From Guillardia theta CCMP2712 (taxonomy: Eukaryota > Protista > Cryptophyta): a stretch of DNA of 44,543 bases. A model generated the notes under the pieces. The model was not told the DNA's origin and searched no databases. It saw only the letters and a list, made by a program, of their open reading frames with translations. The DNA lies in the NCBI RefSeq assembly GCF_000315625.1, contig NW_005434596.1:375389-419931 (forward strand). The letters are read 5' to 3'. Positions 22,501-35,670 of this stretch are shown here, piece after piece (position 1 is the stretch's first letter; every line of letters begins with the position of its first letter). The translations under genes and the position numbers were made by a program.

Positions 22501-25500
22501 GCTGACCCCCATCGAGCCATTCATGAGCTCGGCAAACTGCTTTGAGATGGCTAGGCCGAGGCCCGTTCCTCCGTAGCTGCGGGTGGTTGAGGAATCCACC
22601 TGGGAGAAGCGGTTGAAGAGCTTCTTTTGCCCTTCCTCGGAGATTCCGATCCCCGAGTCGTACACCTTGAACCGGAATGTCACGTGAGAGCAAGACAGGT
22701 CGTCTGCCTCCACCAGCAGGTAGACTTGCCCCTGGTGTGTGAACTTGATTGCGTTGGACAGAAGGTTCAGCAGAATCTGTCGCAGCCGGTCAGGATCTCC
22801 TTTGACCCCAGTGTGCAGCATAGGATCCAAATACAAACAGATCTCCAGCCCTTTCACGAGGGCCTTGGATGCGATGGAATCTATGGCGTCCTCCAGCACT
22901 TGTCGGAGATCGAACTCCACAGACGTGAGCTCGAGCTTGCCGGCTTCGATCTTGGTCAAGTCCAGGATGTCGTTGATCAGGATCAGCAGCGATTCGGAAG
23001 AGTTCATCGTCTGTTCCGCAAATCTTCGTTGCTCGATGGAGAGGTTTGTGTCCAACAGCATCTGGCTCATCCCCATGATTACATTCAGCGGTGTTCGCAT
23101 CTCATGGGACATGGTCGCCAGGAACTGCGACTTAGCATCGTTGGCTGCTTGTGCCTGGAAGAGCAAAGTCTCCTGCTCCATCAACTTTCGCATGTCCGTG
23201 ATGTCTTGTCCCACCCCAATGACCCCGATGATGGCGCCACTCATGTCTCGTCGAGTCGTTGCGTTCAAGAGAAGCTCGACCCGACGATTGTCCTTGGTAA
23301 AGATTGGGAATTCGAAGTTGGCAGCTTCTCGTCCCTTGAGTGCATTTTGTAGGACATTGCGGACTGAATTGCGAAATTCAGCTGTGATGTAGACTTCAAC
23401 TAGATCCCGTCCGAACACTTCCTTTCTTGAGTAGCCTGTGATTTCGACCGCCTTGTTGTTCCACTCGTTGACCTTTCCGTCTGCATCGATGCCGAAAATA
23501 GGAGCGTTCGCAGTATCGATAAACGTCTGAAGCTCTTGAGCGACTCTGGTTTTCTCTTCTTCAACGCGCTTGCGTTCGGTTATGTTCTGACCTACTCCAA
23601 TCACTCCCACGGGTCGACCATTGCTATCTCGGCGAGTGGTAGCGTTCAGTAACACCTCAACTCGCTGATTGTCCTTGGTGAACAAAGGAAACTCGAAGTT
23701 CGCAGTCTCGTTGCCAACAAGCGCAGCATCTAGAACTTCTTTGACCCTCTCCTTATATTCTTCAGTGATGTACACCTCCACCAAGCTCTGCCCCATCACC
23801 TCCTCGCTCGAGAAGCCCGTGATCTCTGCTGCCTTGTTGTTCCACTCGTTCACCCGCCCAAGCACATCGATGCCGAGGATCGGAGCATTGGCGGTGTCGA
23901 TGAACGTCTGAAGCTCCCGGGCTACCCGCACCTTCTCCTCTTCAGCAATTTTTCTCTCAGTGATGTCTTGACCTACTCCAATCACTCCCACCACCTTCCC
24001 GCTGACGTCCCTACGGGTGGTAGCGTTCAGTAACACCTCAACTCGCTGATTGTCCTTGGTGTACAAAGGAAATTCGAAGTTCGCAGTACACAAACCAGAA
24101 AGGGCATTATCTAGAACTCGTCTGACTGAGGATCGGAACTCTTCCGTGATGTACACCTCCACCAAGCTCTGCCCCATCACCTCCTCGCTCGAGAAGCCCG
24201 TGATCTCTGCTGCCTTGTTGTTCCACTCGTTCACCCGCCCCAGCACATCGATGCCGAGGATCGGAGCATTGGCGGTGTCGATGAACGTCTGGAGCTCCTG
24301 TGCTACCCGCGCCTTCTCCTCTTCTGCGTACTTTCTCTCGCTGATGTCTTGTCCAACACCAATCACTCCCACCACCTTCCCGCTGACGTCCCTACGGGTG
24401 GTAGCGTTCAGTAACACCTCAACTCGCTGCTTCTCCTTGGTGTACATGGGAAACTCGAAGTTCGCAGTCTCATTCCCCCTCAAGGCATTATCAAGCACCT
24501 CCTTGACAGAAATTTGATATTCCTCGGTGATAAATTCTTGCACTAAGTCTCTTCCAATCACCTCCTCGCTCGAGAAGCCCGTGATCTCTGCTGCCTTGTT
24601 GTTCCACTCGTTCACCCGCCCAAGCGCATCGATGCCGAGGATCGGAGCATTGGCGGTGTCGATGAACGTCTGGAGCTCCTGTGCAACCCGAGCTTTCTCA
24701 ATTTCAATTCTCTTCCTCTCAGTGATGTCTTGACCTACTCCAATCACTCCCACCACCTTCCCGCTGACGTCCCTACGGGTGGTAGCGTTCAGTAACACCT
24801 CAACTCGCTGCTTCTCCTTGGTGTACATGGGAAACTCGAAGTTCGCAGTCTCATTCCCCCTCAAGGCATTATCAAGCACCTCCTTGACAGAAATTTGATA
24901 TTCCTCGGTGATAAATTCTTGCACTAAGTCTCTTCCAATCACCTCCTCGCTCGAGAAGCCCGTGATCTCTGCTGCCTTGTTGTTCCACTCGTTCACCCGC
25001 CCAAGTACATCGATGCCGAGGATCGGAGCATTGGCGGTGTCGATGAACGTCTGGAGCTCCTGTGCAACCCGAGCTTTCTCGATTTCAATCACCTTTCGCT
25101 CAGTGATGTCTTGTCCAACACCAAGCACACCAATAACATGCAAGTTCAAATCTCTGCGCGACGTGGCGTTCAGCAAGAACTCAATTCTCCTATTTTCCTT
25201 GGTGTACAAAGGAAATTCAAAATTTGCAGCCTCCTTTCCTTTAAGCGCATTGGACAAAACGTGCTGTACTGATTCCTGATTCTCTGGTCTCACAAATTCC
25301 TTGACGAAGTCCTTACCAAGGGTTTCTTCTTTCGTGTATCCAGTGATTTGAGCTGCCATGTCATTCCATTCGTTGATGAATCCATCGGTATCGATTCCGA
25401 AAATCGGAGCATTCGCAGATTGGATGAATCTTTGTAACTCATCGGCTACCCGAGCTTTCTCCACCTCAATCTTTTTTCGCTCGGATATGTCCTGTCCAAC

Positions 25501-27189
25501 CCCTATCAGTCCGACCACTCTCCCAGATGGAATCATTCGAGGGGAGGTGCTTAAGAGCACATCAACGCACCTCTTCCGTTTGGTACACAAACAAAATTCA
25601 ATGTTCTCTATGCTTGATCCTTGCAGAGTTGTCCGCAACGTATTTTGCACGATTGCCTTGAATTCGTCAGGAATCAGCGTTTCCATGAAATTTTGACCAA
25701 GCAATTCTTGCTTTGAGTAACCCGTCAATTCAGAAATTTTCTTATTCCATTCATTGATGAAACCTTCCTCGTCTACACCAAAGATAGGGGTGTTCGTGTT
25801 CTCAATGAAATGATACAGTTGTTCCACCATTCTTGATCGTTCCAACTCATCGTGTTTGCGTTCAGTTATGTCTTGTCCAATTCCAAAAAAGCCTACAACA
25901 CTCCCTTCGGTATTGAAGCGCTTTGTCACGTTCAACAAAATGCAAACAAAGTGCCCTTGTCGCGTGCGCATTTCAATTTCAAAGTTTGTCATCGAATTGC
26001 CATTCAAAATGGACTTGAAAATAGATTTTGAGGTTTTGACATGATCCTCAGACAAAAATTCAAAGAAACTTTTCCCAACCACATCTTTCTCCGAGAAGTT
26101 GGTGATCTGGGCAGCCCCATCATTCCATTCTGTAATGTTTCCCTCGAGATCTAAGGAAAATATAGGCGCATTTGCCGTGCGAAGTGAATTGACCCATTGG
26201 TTGGCAATATCATCGTGAATTCCATGGCTGCCGCTGACAGAAATTCTCTTGCCTGCACAAATCACCCTGGCTGCATGCTCCGGACCCTCTAGCTGTGGAT
26301 CAAGGCTGAAACTGAATTGACTGGAATTTCCTTTGACACTCTTCAGACAGACTTCAACAGATTGAACTTTCTTTCGATTCATGGAATGCTCGAGAGCCAA
26401 TAAAAATCTATGATTAGCTTCGGAATCCAAAAATGTCTGGGCAAAATTCTGGTTCAACGCATCTTCTCGCAACACACCGGTTGTCTCCACCATGATTCTA
26501 TTCCAGCCTAGAATCATTCCATTCGAATCAAGTTCCATGATAGGATTCGTGGTGCTATCTGCCATTTCTTCAGCTGTCTTCAATCTGTTCAACAGTCTGT
26601 CCTCGAATTCCTTAATCTCAGTTATGTCCTGGCAGATGCAAAAGGTGCCACAGCAACTTCCGGAGTTCCATCTGGGAGAAGCTGAGACGACGATATGCAC
26701 GCATCCTTTGGAAGCAGATCTCTCGTTCGATGGAACAGACAACTGAATGCTGCTCATCTGATGCCCTCCGCAAGCCAGACCAATCCATGATGTCACCTGC
26801 TACACGTTTGAACAATATCACACAGGGAGATCCCATACCTGAGAGTTTGCACTTTGACGGCCTAGAAGATCCGCAAAGAGCATTCCCATAGCTTGGAGCT
26901 TTGTAAGACCAAACAGCGACTGTGACTGTCTGTTCCATACATCTATTCTGCCCTCGGCGTCCAAGCCGAATATGGCTGTTCCCACACTGTCTATGAATTC
27001 CCTGATCTCGCAGGAGCCCATCAGGCTCTCAACCAACTTTGTTTCCAGCAAACAAGAGCGTTGAAGTCTCAGTTCCGCACATTCAGTCTGAGCATCATCC
27101 CGTTCCCTCCTTGTTTTCTCTAGCTCTTCATCCATTCTTCCCCTTTCTGAGGGATGATGTTGTCTGGTCTTGTCACCCGCTCCTTTCAT
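19518..27189 (-). CDS. Hybrid sensor histidine kinase: 10 PAS domains, HisKA, HATPase_c, ~5 receiver-like domains
   Basis: Exon 1 27189-26839, 42-nt intron 26797-26838 (in frame NSQ|VTSW), 6.1-kb exon to ~20681, then small exons to TGA at 19518. H-box [11 protein letters not shown]-box [28 protein letters not shown]; receivers [29 protein letters not shown]...[23 protein letters not shown]|PV. Confidence 0.95.
23586..25120. repeat. Four near-identical 381-bp PAS-coding tandem repeats
   Basis: Identical blocks recur at 381-bp spacing (antisense ORFs start 23669/24050 and 24527/24908). Confidence 0.92.
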
Positions 27190-28010
27190 ACAACCAACTC
27201 GTTCCTACTATGTCATCTCACTTCTGCTACTTTCGAGATGTTACCTTCTCCTCTCTGTCTGCCCTCCTTCGCATTTTCCTCACTCTCATCCTGCGACCAC
27301 TGCCATTTGTTTTGATCTTGTTCAGGAGGGTAGGGGTTGTTCAAGTGGGTGGGTGTTGGTGGAAGTCCGAAGGGTAGGGGTACATGATAAGATGGCCACA
27401 GGGGGGTCATAGCATACACCGGTCATACAAAACAAGCCTCTCTTGCCCTTTTGACTGTCAGTGATGTAGCAGATGAAATGGGTACGGTGAGGGATTGATT
27501 TTGGAGGGGGTGGGGTATTTGGGGCTATACGACTAGGGGTACGTGCAGTTGAGTCGAGAGAGGAGGGTGTCCTGGAAGGGTCTTATCAGATTTGAATATG
27601 ATCTTGTGAAAATTTCAAAGTTTCATTCATATCTTCAAATAATGTTTCCTAAAACGAAAAAAGAGTGCATTCTTTTTTTCGTGTGGTAAGGTAGCTCAGC
27701 TCCCGAGATTTGTGACGCACAATTAAAATGTGTGAAAATATTCGAAAATACTCATGGAGAATTGAAAGCTTCTCTCAAACCATTGAAATCTGCTTCAACT
27801 CACAGATTGCTTTGCATTTCGCGAAAGAATAGCTTTTGGTTGTCAGCACCAAATGACCCCACCCTCTTCTGGTCAATCACAAAGGGGGGTGCTTATAGCA
27901 ACGAACCTGACAGGCATTCTCGTGGCCATGCCGTTTCTCTCATTGGCAAGTTGGCGGGCTTATCATCCGATGAGGACGCGGTCACGTTTCGAGTCAAGTT
28001 TGATTATTGA

Positions 28011-28310
28011 CCCCCGGCAGTGGTGAGGCCGGGCCGGGCGGGCCGGGCGCCGGGCACCGCCGTGACCGACGGTCACCCGGTAGGGCCGTGACTACAGGCC
28101 CCCGGGGGCCGGCCGATCGGACTCCCGAGGGCCCGGCGGCTGAGTCACAACTGGCAACTTAAGTTCCCGGTCACTGGCACGGCGATATGCCAGTCTGAGG
28201 CCCGCCGATATTCAAGTACTGGTTGTTGCCCGTCAGTCACTCAGAGTCCCGAGTCCGGGCCCGCCGGGCCCGGGCCGAACCCGGCGGTCCGGGGACTGGT
28301 GTCAGTCAAC
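28011..28310. promoter_or_regulatory. GC-rich intergenic island between the kinase 5' region and the RRP40 3' end
   Basis: CCGGG/GGCCC/GTCAC/GAGTC-dense; palindrome AACTTAAGTT at 28156-28165. Confidence 0.4.
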
Positions 28311-28410
28311 TAAACAGTGAGGCACTGAGTGAGTAAGTAAATTGTTAGTCAAGAGTCTCAGTTTTGTACCAATCAAAATTAAACGATTTGAGGTAAAACA
28401 TTTGACGAAG

Positions 28411-29645
28411 TTATCCCTGGAGATGTTTGATGAGTTGCTCAATCATGCTTTCAGTGCGAGAAGGGTCGAGAAATCTGCAAAATTGACAAAATCATATGAT
28501 TTCAACATGGATCAGCACAGATCAGCTCGTCATACTCAGCATTTCGAATTGCATTAGCAATCAGAATAGTTTTAGCGACGGAATCACTTTTGATCCAAAT
28601 CTGCAGAAACAAAAATAGCTTAGATCATAGATTAGTGAATTTGAAGACAACCCTTCCATTACATCCGACTGCAATTTCGTAGGCAAGATGACGACCCAAG
28701 CAGTTTACAACAACGTTTTCAGGAAGCAAGAGCGATCTGGCATAACTGAGGAGCTCAAATGTGTTAAATGACTTCCAAAGCACAAAAGAGAAAGGTATCG
28801 TGTCACCCGATTGAAGTTTCTATCATATGCCCTCCTTCCAATTCCCCAAAAACAGCCTGGCCAGTCATCCATCCCTGAAAATAAGATGAACAATGGCCTC
28901 GGCAAAAATTCGGAGTTACCTTCTTGTATGTCAAAGAAAGACAAGACAGCTCAGATTCTGCATCGCGATATGAGTTTGACACTCTGCAGTAAACCAGAGA
29001 TCTGCGCAAAGCTGTTAATTGGCATAAAATTTGTCGTTACATTTGACCCAATCTCCAGTTTAGGTTTGTTTCTTTTTGTTGCCCCTTCGAATGAAAGAGC
29101 AGACAGAACACCGTAACTGAGCATCGTTACTGCAGTTCCTTGATGAGTTTCAAAGTGCATCACCTGGGCCCTCGAACATCTAGACGATAATCTTCTGTTC
29201 TTTTATCTACCACAATTCCAATGACCAGGTCCTGAGCAGGAAAAAGCAGTGTGTCAGCAGACAAGCAGCTCTGAAGGAAGTCGACCTCATCGACGGGAAC
29301 ATATCGCTTCGTGTTGCTGTCAATCCACATTCGCATCTCAATTCCAGTTTTGCTCTGATTTTCTCCCTGTGAGTAAGTTCATTGAAAACATGCTGTCTGG
29401 CAACAACATCTCACCACTGTACGCAGTTGCCCTGCCCTAATTGCTACTAAGTTTTCGCCATCTTGTGAAATTCCACAACCAAACTGAAATGCATGATTCA
29501 ATATGGCGCATGCCCTTCAGAGGGTCAAAGTGAAAGGAAGAAGCAGTGATGATGGATCTCGTACTATCAAGAAGCACACCATTCTCTTAGACCGACTCTC
29601 CTGCATGGTCGCCACCACATCACCCGGCATCACTGTCTTCGCCAT
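28411..29645 (-). CDS. RRP40: Exosome complex component RRP40 (EXOSC3), multi-exon
   Basis: MAKTVMPGDVV start (ATG 29645), LSFEGATKRNKPKLEIG, SLVYCRV...ELSC, FGELEGG, YEIAVGCNGR|IWIKS, ending LIKHLQG-TAA (28411). Confidence 0.92.
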
Positions 29646-30038
29646 TTTCGGGTGGGCGAACAGCTTGAGAAGAATGTTTACTCAACTCAAGTCATGTTGA
29701 TGATTTCCTAAATTTATTCTTAAATCCAAATTTGATATCGAAATTTACCCTGAGTCGCTAAATTATTTCAACCAATTTGTTTTTGTTCTCACGTACCCTG
29801 GAACGAGCGCACATGCGAGAACGGATGCCCTCATCCCACCTCTCGTTCAGTTATCGAGCCCGCCTCTGCGCTCTATTCAGAGGCGAGCTTGGATTGGTTC
29901 AATGTCGTCGATGGGTTGTGGCAAGCCTGGATAGCTTGCTCCTCGCCTTCACCAGCGCTTCCTTCAATCCATGCTTCATCCCAGAGCACATGCCACTGAT
30001 CTCTTTCTTGCTCAGCTCTACTGCCAGCTCTGGAGGGA

Positions 30039-32480
30039 ATGATGCTGCCCCTGAGAACTTGGGTTGTGCCATCATCTGTACTCCTGTTTCTCATGTGCTG
30101 TGAGAACAAGTTGTGCCGCCCAGTAGCAGCACACGGAAACGTATTTCTGCCTGTCGCTCCAGATGATATCAACATCCTCTTGGGATCCGAAGCTGCCGTG
30201 TTCGGGGGACCCTTCGAGCACTCGAGTGGTGATCGGATACATATGTTGTGGATGGAGAATTGGACATCGCTGGACGATAGCTTTCAATGGAACGTGTCCA
30301 TTGCGGAGCGAGGATACTACGTGATACAAATATTAGTATGTTCACACTTTAAGATGTCCTCTGGATACAACGGTGGCTCATCGCCAGTCGCCCTAAAACT
30401 TGAGTTCTACAGGTGGCCTAGCATGGGATGTGATAACAGTGACGAGACGTGTCTGTCTGGCAAGGTCTTGAACGAAGTCGTAGCCAAGGTTGAGCATCAA
30501 GTCGTTTACTCCGATGCACCCGTCATGATGCAGTTTGCCCGTGAGATCGTTGCAGATTCCGTCGCCCTTCCTGCCGGGCCTTTGACAGTAAAGTTGTCGG
30601 TGAAGGAGCTGCCAGAGGAAGGCGAGTTGAACCTTTCATTTCACTCTCTTGAGATGATGACAAGAGAGGTACTTGACAGTTTGAAGTCCGAGAAAGAGGA
30701 GCTGTTGGGTGACACAAGCTGGCTCCGCAATGACGCAAGATACGGTTTGTTCTTCCACTGGAACTCTTTCACCCTTCCACTGAAAGGAGACAAGTTGGCC
30801 TATGAGGATGCTGTGAACAGGTTCGATGTGGAACATTTTGTAGACATCGTCCATCAGTCTGGAGCGAATGTGATCATCTTCACTACAAACTGGGCTGGAT
30901 ATCATTTCCCTGCTGCTATAAGGTCTATTGATCGTATTCTACAAGGACGCACCACAAAAAGAGATCTTATTGCCGAGATCTCGGAAGGGCTCAAGCAAGT
31001 TGGGGTTCGTTTCATCCTTTATTATCACTATGGCAAGGATGATGATGAGTGGTTCCGTGCTATGAACTTTACGAGAGGTGCTCGGAACGAGTATTTCTGG
31101 GATTGCTGGTGCGAAATTATTGCAGAGATCGGAAATCGATATGGCACAGCTTTTGATGGGTGGTGGATCGATGATGGTATGACAGGATACTACCCACATC
31201 GAGCTCCTTGGAGGAGGATGTGGCGAGCTTTGAAAGCGGGCAACCCTAAAAGAGTTGTGGGATATAACCCTTGGGCTCTTCCGAAGCCGACCGACCTACA
31301 AGAGTTGTATGCAGGGGAAATGTCTGTGTTAGATATTTCATTTCTTCCAGGGCTAGCTCCTGGAAGCACAGGAGTGTTTGAGACAGGGCCGCAGGTAGGC
31401 CTATACGCAACATTTAGTAGCCTATTGCAGAACGGGGATTGGACCTTCATGCGAGGAGGCAGCATCGATCAAAGAACTGGTCAGATGACCGGGGAGCAGG
31501 GAGAGGATACGGACTTTGCCGGACTTCAAATCAGTCTTCCTGAAATCATATGGGGAGTCGGTGAGGCTCGTCGACGAAGCGCTCTCGCAGTCTTCAACCT
31601 TCTGATCTCTCAGGTCTCTCAGTCGCAAGCATAGTCTACATCTCACATTCACTGCAGGAAGGTGCTGTGTGTCATGAGGCGCAGAAGCTGCTGAGAGGGC
31701 TCAGCCTGGGGTTGGAGGCTATTGGTGCCGCGCCAATCTTATATGGGTGATGAAAGCTCATAGATTTTTAGAGTCAGGTTCTGTCGTTGCCGTGGGACCA
31801 AGTTCAGCACATCAAGTGGAGCATGTTGTCTCTGTTGTTCACACTGTCCTGAAGCAGTTTAACGTCCTCGTTCTAGTTTGGTGTGCCACTTGCTGTGGAA
31901 CTCGCCACTACTGGGCCATGGCCAGATGGACCCCTGTAAGCTATAATTCGAAGCTCGTCCTGACATCGCATCTGCATTATTTTTCTGAATTTCACACTTC
32001 TAGCAGATTTTGGCGACGATCAAATGCCTTGATAGGATGGAATGCAGACCCAAAAGCATTTGCGTCATGGGAAGTGAAGTTCGTAGGATTTCAAGGTCAG
32101 GTTTGCCATCTTGTGATTGCGATGAACAATTTTCTCAAGGACGTGTCGTGGAGTTCAATTTCTCAGTCGTCATGAGCTGTGATGCTGAGTGTGAAGGATT
32201 AAGCATTAGTGTCGGGTGAGATTTGCCCTGCCATCTTCCTCTCTCACCATTCTTCTCCTTTGTTGTAAATGTTCATCAGGAGTGTTCTGCTCAACACTCC
32301 TTCGCTACAGAATCTGCAACACTTCGATCAAAGCATCGAGGTCCATGCAACACTTGACCTGCCGAGGACAGGTGACTCGGTATCTCTCCTTGAATTTCTT
32401 GATTCATGATAGGAGGGATGGACGACTTTATCGAAGTTTCGGTAGGGAAAATTGCTTTCATGTGCCAAGAGGGAGGTGAA
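30039..32480 (+). CDS. Glycoside hydrolase, GH29 alpha-L-fucosidase-like TIM barrel with N-terminal beta-rich module; 3' end uncertain (may reach ~33282)
   Basis: Hydrophobic N-terminus; WLRNDARYGLFFHW, FDVEHFVD...SGANVIIFTT, RDLIAEI...GVRFILYYH, RYG..FDGWWIDDG (nucleophile-type Asp); donor after LISQ at ~31613 and further exons downstream. Confidence 0.75.
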
Positions 32481-34030
32481 GAACGGAGAAGGATTGTCAT
32501 CATGTTGAAGGTAACCATGCGATGCTTGTTGATTCTGTCTTGTGTGACGTCTTCGATTCTTTCAGCATGAGCTCGGGGAGACCTCGATGAGTAAGGACTG
32601 GTCCTTGCGTGGTGCTGTGCTGTATGCTCGATAGCCGTGAGGGCTGGTGAAATGAGCTATATGATATTTTGAAACCAAGTGCGGGAGCATTGAAGGCATT
32701 GTGCATTAGTCGATGATGGTTCAGGAATAAATTGCCAACCGTGCAGGCATCAAAATGCTCTTGCACCACATACGCGAACTAACGGCAGCAGCAACAAGCG
32801 TGGGTGGCTGAGCTTGAGTAGGAGCAGAAGCGACTTGTTCCTATGAATGTTGGACAGCTGGAACCTTGAATGTGGATCAACAACTTTGTGACTGAAATGA
32901 ACAAACAGCTTTGTAACTGAAGTGAGCAACATCTTACACAGTCCACACGATAGATCTGAATGATTCCGTTCAGTTCTAGTACGCTTTCTTTCTCAAATGA
33001 TCAACAATGCCGACAGAACCTTGAATCACTTGTATGATGTCGGGCGAAAGGATGAAAACCAACCTTTCCATTCATGTATTTGGCTTTTGTAAACAATCCT
33101 TTGTATGGACATCTAGCAGCTTTTACAGGCGAAATCTACTTGGAACAGTCTCGATGACCATGATAGCATGCATGGATGAAAAGGCTTCGCCCATGTTCTT
33201 AGATATGAGTGATCGAGTTGAGTCAGTCGAATCAACGAGTGAGCAGCAGGTCATGAGCATGTTGGCACAACTTGGCGGGTGATAAGGAGCCCCTGAATGA
33301 AAGGGAGTTTGCTGCTGAAACAAAAACTGTTTTTTATCATTTTTTTACTTTTACACTTTGATGTGTAAGAAAATTGATCAAGGGGTGGGTCCGACAGAGT
33401 CCTTTCTCAAAAGAAGGGGTGGGTGGTAGAGGAGGGTGGGCGATCCACTTACGACCGGGTGCAAGTGATATGGGAAAAGAGGGTAGTGTTGGGTAAGCAG
33501 GGGGTAGTATGCCGCTCCTGAGAAAACGTGAGGTCAGCATTTGGAAAACACTGGTGGGGAGATATATCAGCAACTTGGGGTAGGTAGGGTGGTTTGGACC
33601 TGGTACGTATTTCATGCATGTGAGGATACAGAGAAAGAGCTTGTGAAAGCACGCGAAACATTGCACCCATGGACGATGTTTAGAAACTTGCTAGCATGTA
33701 GATGACAATTGAAAGTTGTAAGAAGAACAGAACATGAGGCTGAAAAGGAGACAATCTTCCATGGTTGAAAGGACGAAACGAAAGAAAAAATGGAAGGCTC
33801 TATTATAAGTTAGATGATGCCAAAATAGTTGCGGTGAAGAGATTTTGATGTTTTGGTATCATTTCCTTCTCGAAGCCATAAAATATTTGTAGACACTGTC
33901 TGCAACAACAGCATCAGAACATAAATCCGTAAAGAAATCTGTAGCTTGGACAACTCCAAGGATGATTGAGGACATGTGTTTCGAGGCCTGAATGTTTGAC
34001 ACTGTGTGTTTGACAGAAGCAACAATATTT

Positions 34031-34612
34031 ATGACGGCAAGGGCGAAGGCATTTTTCACGCTTGCTTGCTTTCTTCTGCAATGTGGCAGCATAAAAGGTT
34101 TCGCGATTCATATGCGTGGGACCCCAGCAGCACCTCGGTCTCCAGGCAATAGCGTAACGAGAAGAGAAGCCCTTTCAGTCCTCCTACTAGCAGGAGCCGG
34201 TCAAGTTGGAGCGCTCACGCTGCTTCGTCCTTCACGTCCCTATGACATGTATCGAACAGATGCTACGGGAAGCTTTCAGGTGAGAAGGAGCCCATGGGAT
34301 GCAGTGATGGAGCGACTGACGACAACGTAGACGCAGAGACCAGGAAATGAGCTTCAAACAAATCAGTTTTCAGAACAGGAGCTCGATAAGATCCAAAGGT
34401 TCTGGAAAAAAGTCAATGAGCGCAACGGGAACAGCGAACTAGAAACCATCGCACAAGCACTAAAGCATACATTGACTTGCATCAATGTGGATGTGTGCAG
34501 CACCACATATGGTCAAGGATTGCCGAGTTCTTTCTTCTAGGACATCTTGCCAATTTTGGATAGTCTCGCAGACCTCCGAAATTTCCCTTACTTTGTGTAT
34601 AGCTGTAGATGA
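34031..34612 (+). CDS. Small putative plastid thylakoid protein with tripartite presequence, 3 exons
   Basis: Signal peptide ending IKG|F, transit-like region, TRREAL followed by hydrophobic stretch; introns after GSFQ and near INVD; ends YSCR-TGA. Confidence 0.65.
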
Positions 34613-34841
34613 CAACGTTTTGGACTAATTAAACAATTTCTGATTTGCACAAGTGATTGAGCCTTGAATAACTCAAAGAAACACCGGCTGGCACAATTAC
34701 ATAGCAGTGCACAATGTTATCAATAGCACGACATTGAAACCACAAAATTGAAGACAGTAGCCTACAACTCGTCGGGAACATACTGAGCATTAGATTGTAT
34801 CCTGAATCAAGGGTCAATTTTCGCATTGTTTCCTCTACAAC

Positions 34842-35670
34842 TCACTTTTTCTTGCCGGAGCGAATGTCTTGAAACTCGTCAATATAACCTGAAAAGTAGA
34901 AGGTTATTCGAAAAATACGCCCCGTACAACTTTCTCACCGAGAATGACTTTGTGTTGAGCCATAAACGTTTCCCAGTCCTTGGCAGCTGCTGGTTTGTCA
35001 ATGCCTTTGACCGCCTTTCCTGTTTGAGCACTCAGCGACAAACTCAAATCATGTGCTGAGATACTCACGGAACTCCTTGCTGACCTCGGCGACAGCTTTC
35101 TGCTCTTCAGGGCTAAAGGCTTTCGCAACAACTTCCATGTCCTTCCCTGTGTCGAAGAACTTCCTGAGATAACCCTAATGCATTGAGGATTGTCATAACA
35201 AGGAGGTGAACGTCTTCCATTCACCTGAACATTCTTCCACTCCTCCTCCGACATTTCTGCATGTCCATTGGAGACGCGGTTGCCGATCTCCCCCCACTGG
35301 AATCACAAAAATACGATCATCGCCAGAGGTCGCGGACCATTAAAATGAAAGTGGGTGGAGACAGCACCTGCTTCTTGGATTTGATGATACTCATGTACTC
35401 TGCAAGACCTCCAGGAAGGCCGCCATCTGCAACATCCTTGGCTCCAACATCTTTGGTCTGAGCAAGCATTCCAGCTGTAGCCAACATGATTCCAATGGAA
35501 TCTCTTCGATTCACTGACTGCATTCTGAGAGCAAGCGGGGTTGCTCTTCCACGAGTCTTGACTGAACTTTGAATATGAACAAGGGGGGCATTGAATGCAG
35601 AAACCCCTGAGAGCTCAGAGAGAATGCACGCCGAGGCCAACAGGACGCTCACTCGCTGCAGGAATGGCAT
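34842..35670 (-). CDS. Thylakoid lumen protein, PsbQ-like helical bundle, multi-exon
   Basis: Signal peptide VSA|FNAP, NRRD + hydrophobic stretch + VGA|K; mature part EEWKNVQ|GYLRKF...DMEVVAK...KAVKGIDKPAAAKD resembles the PsbQ-like pattern; ends RSGKKK-TGA (34842). Confidence 0.7.

Noticed and set aside
23586-25120. Regular repeats as a CRISPR array
   Set aside because: 381-bp in-frame coding units without unique spacers; eukaryotic context.
22627-26746. Series of plus-strand ORFs, some repeated
   Set aside because: Antisense shadows of the kinase and its PAS repeats.
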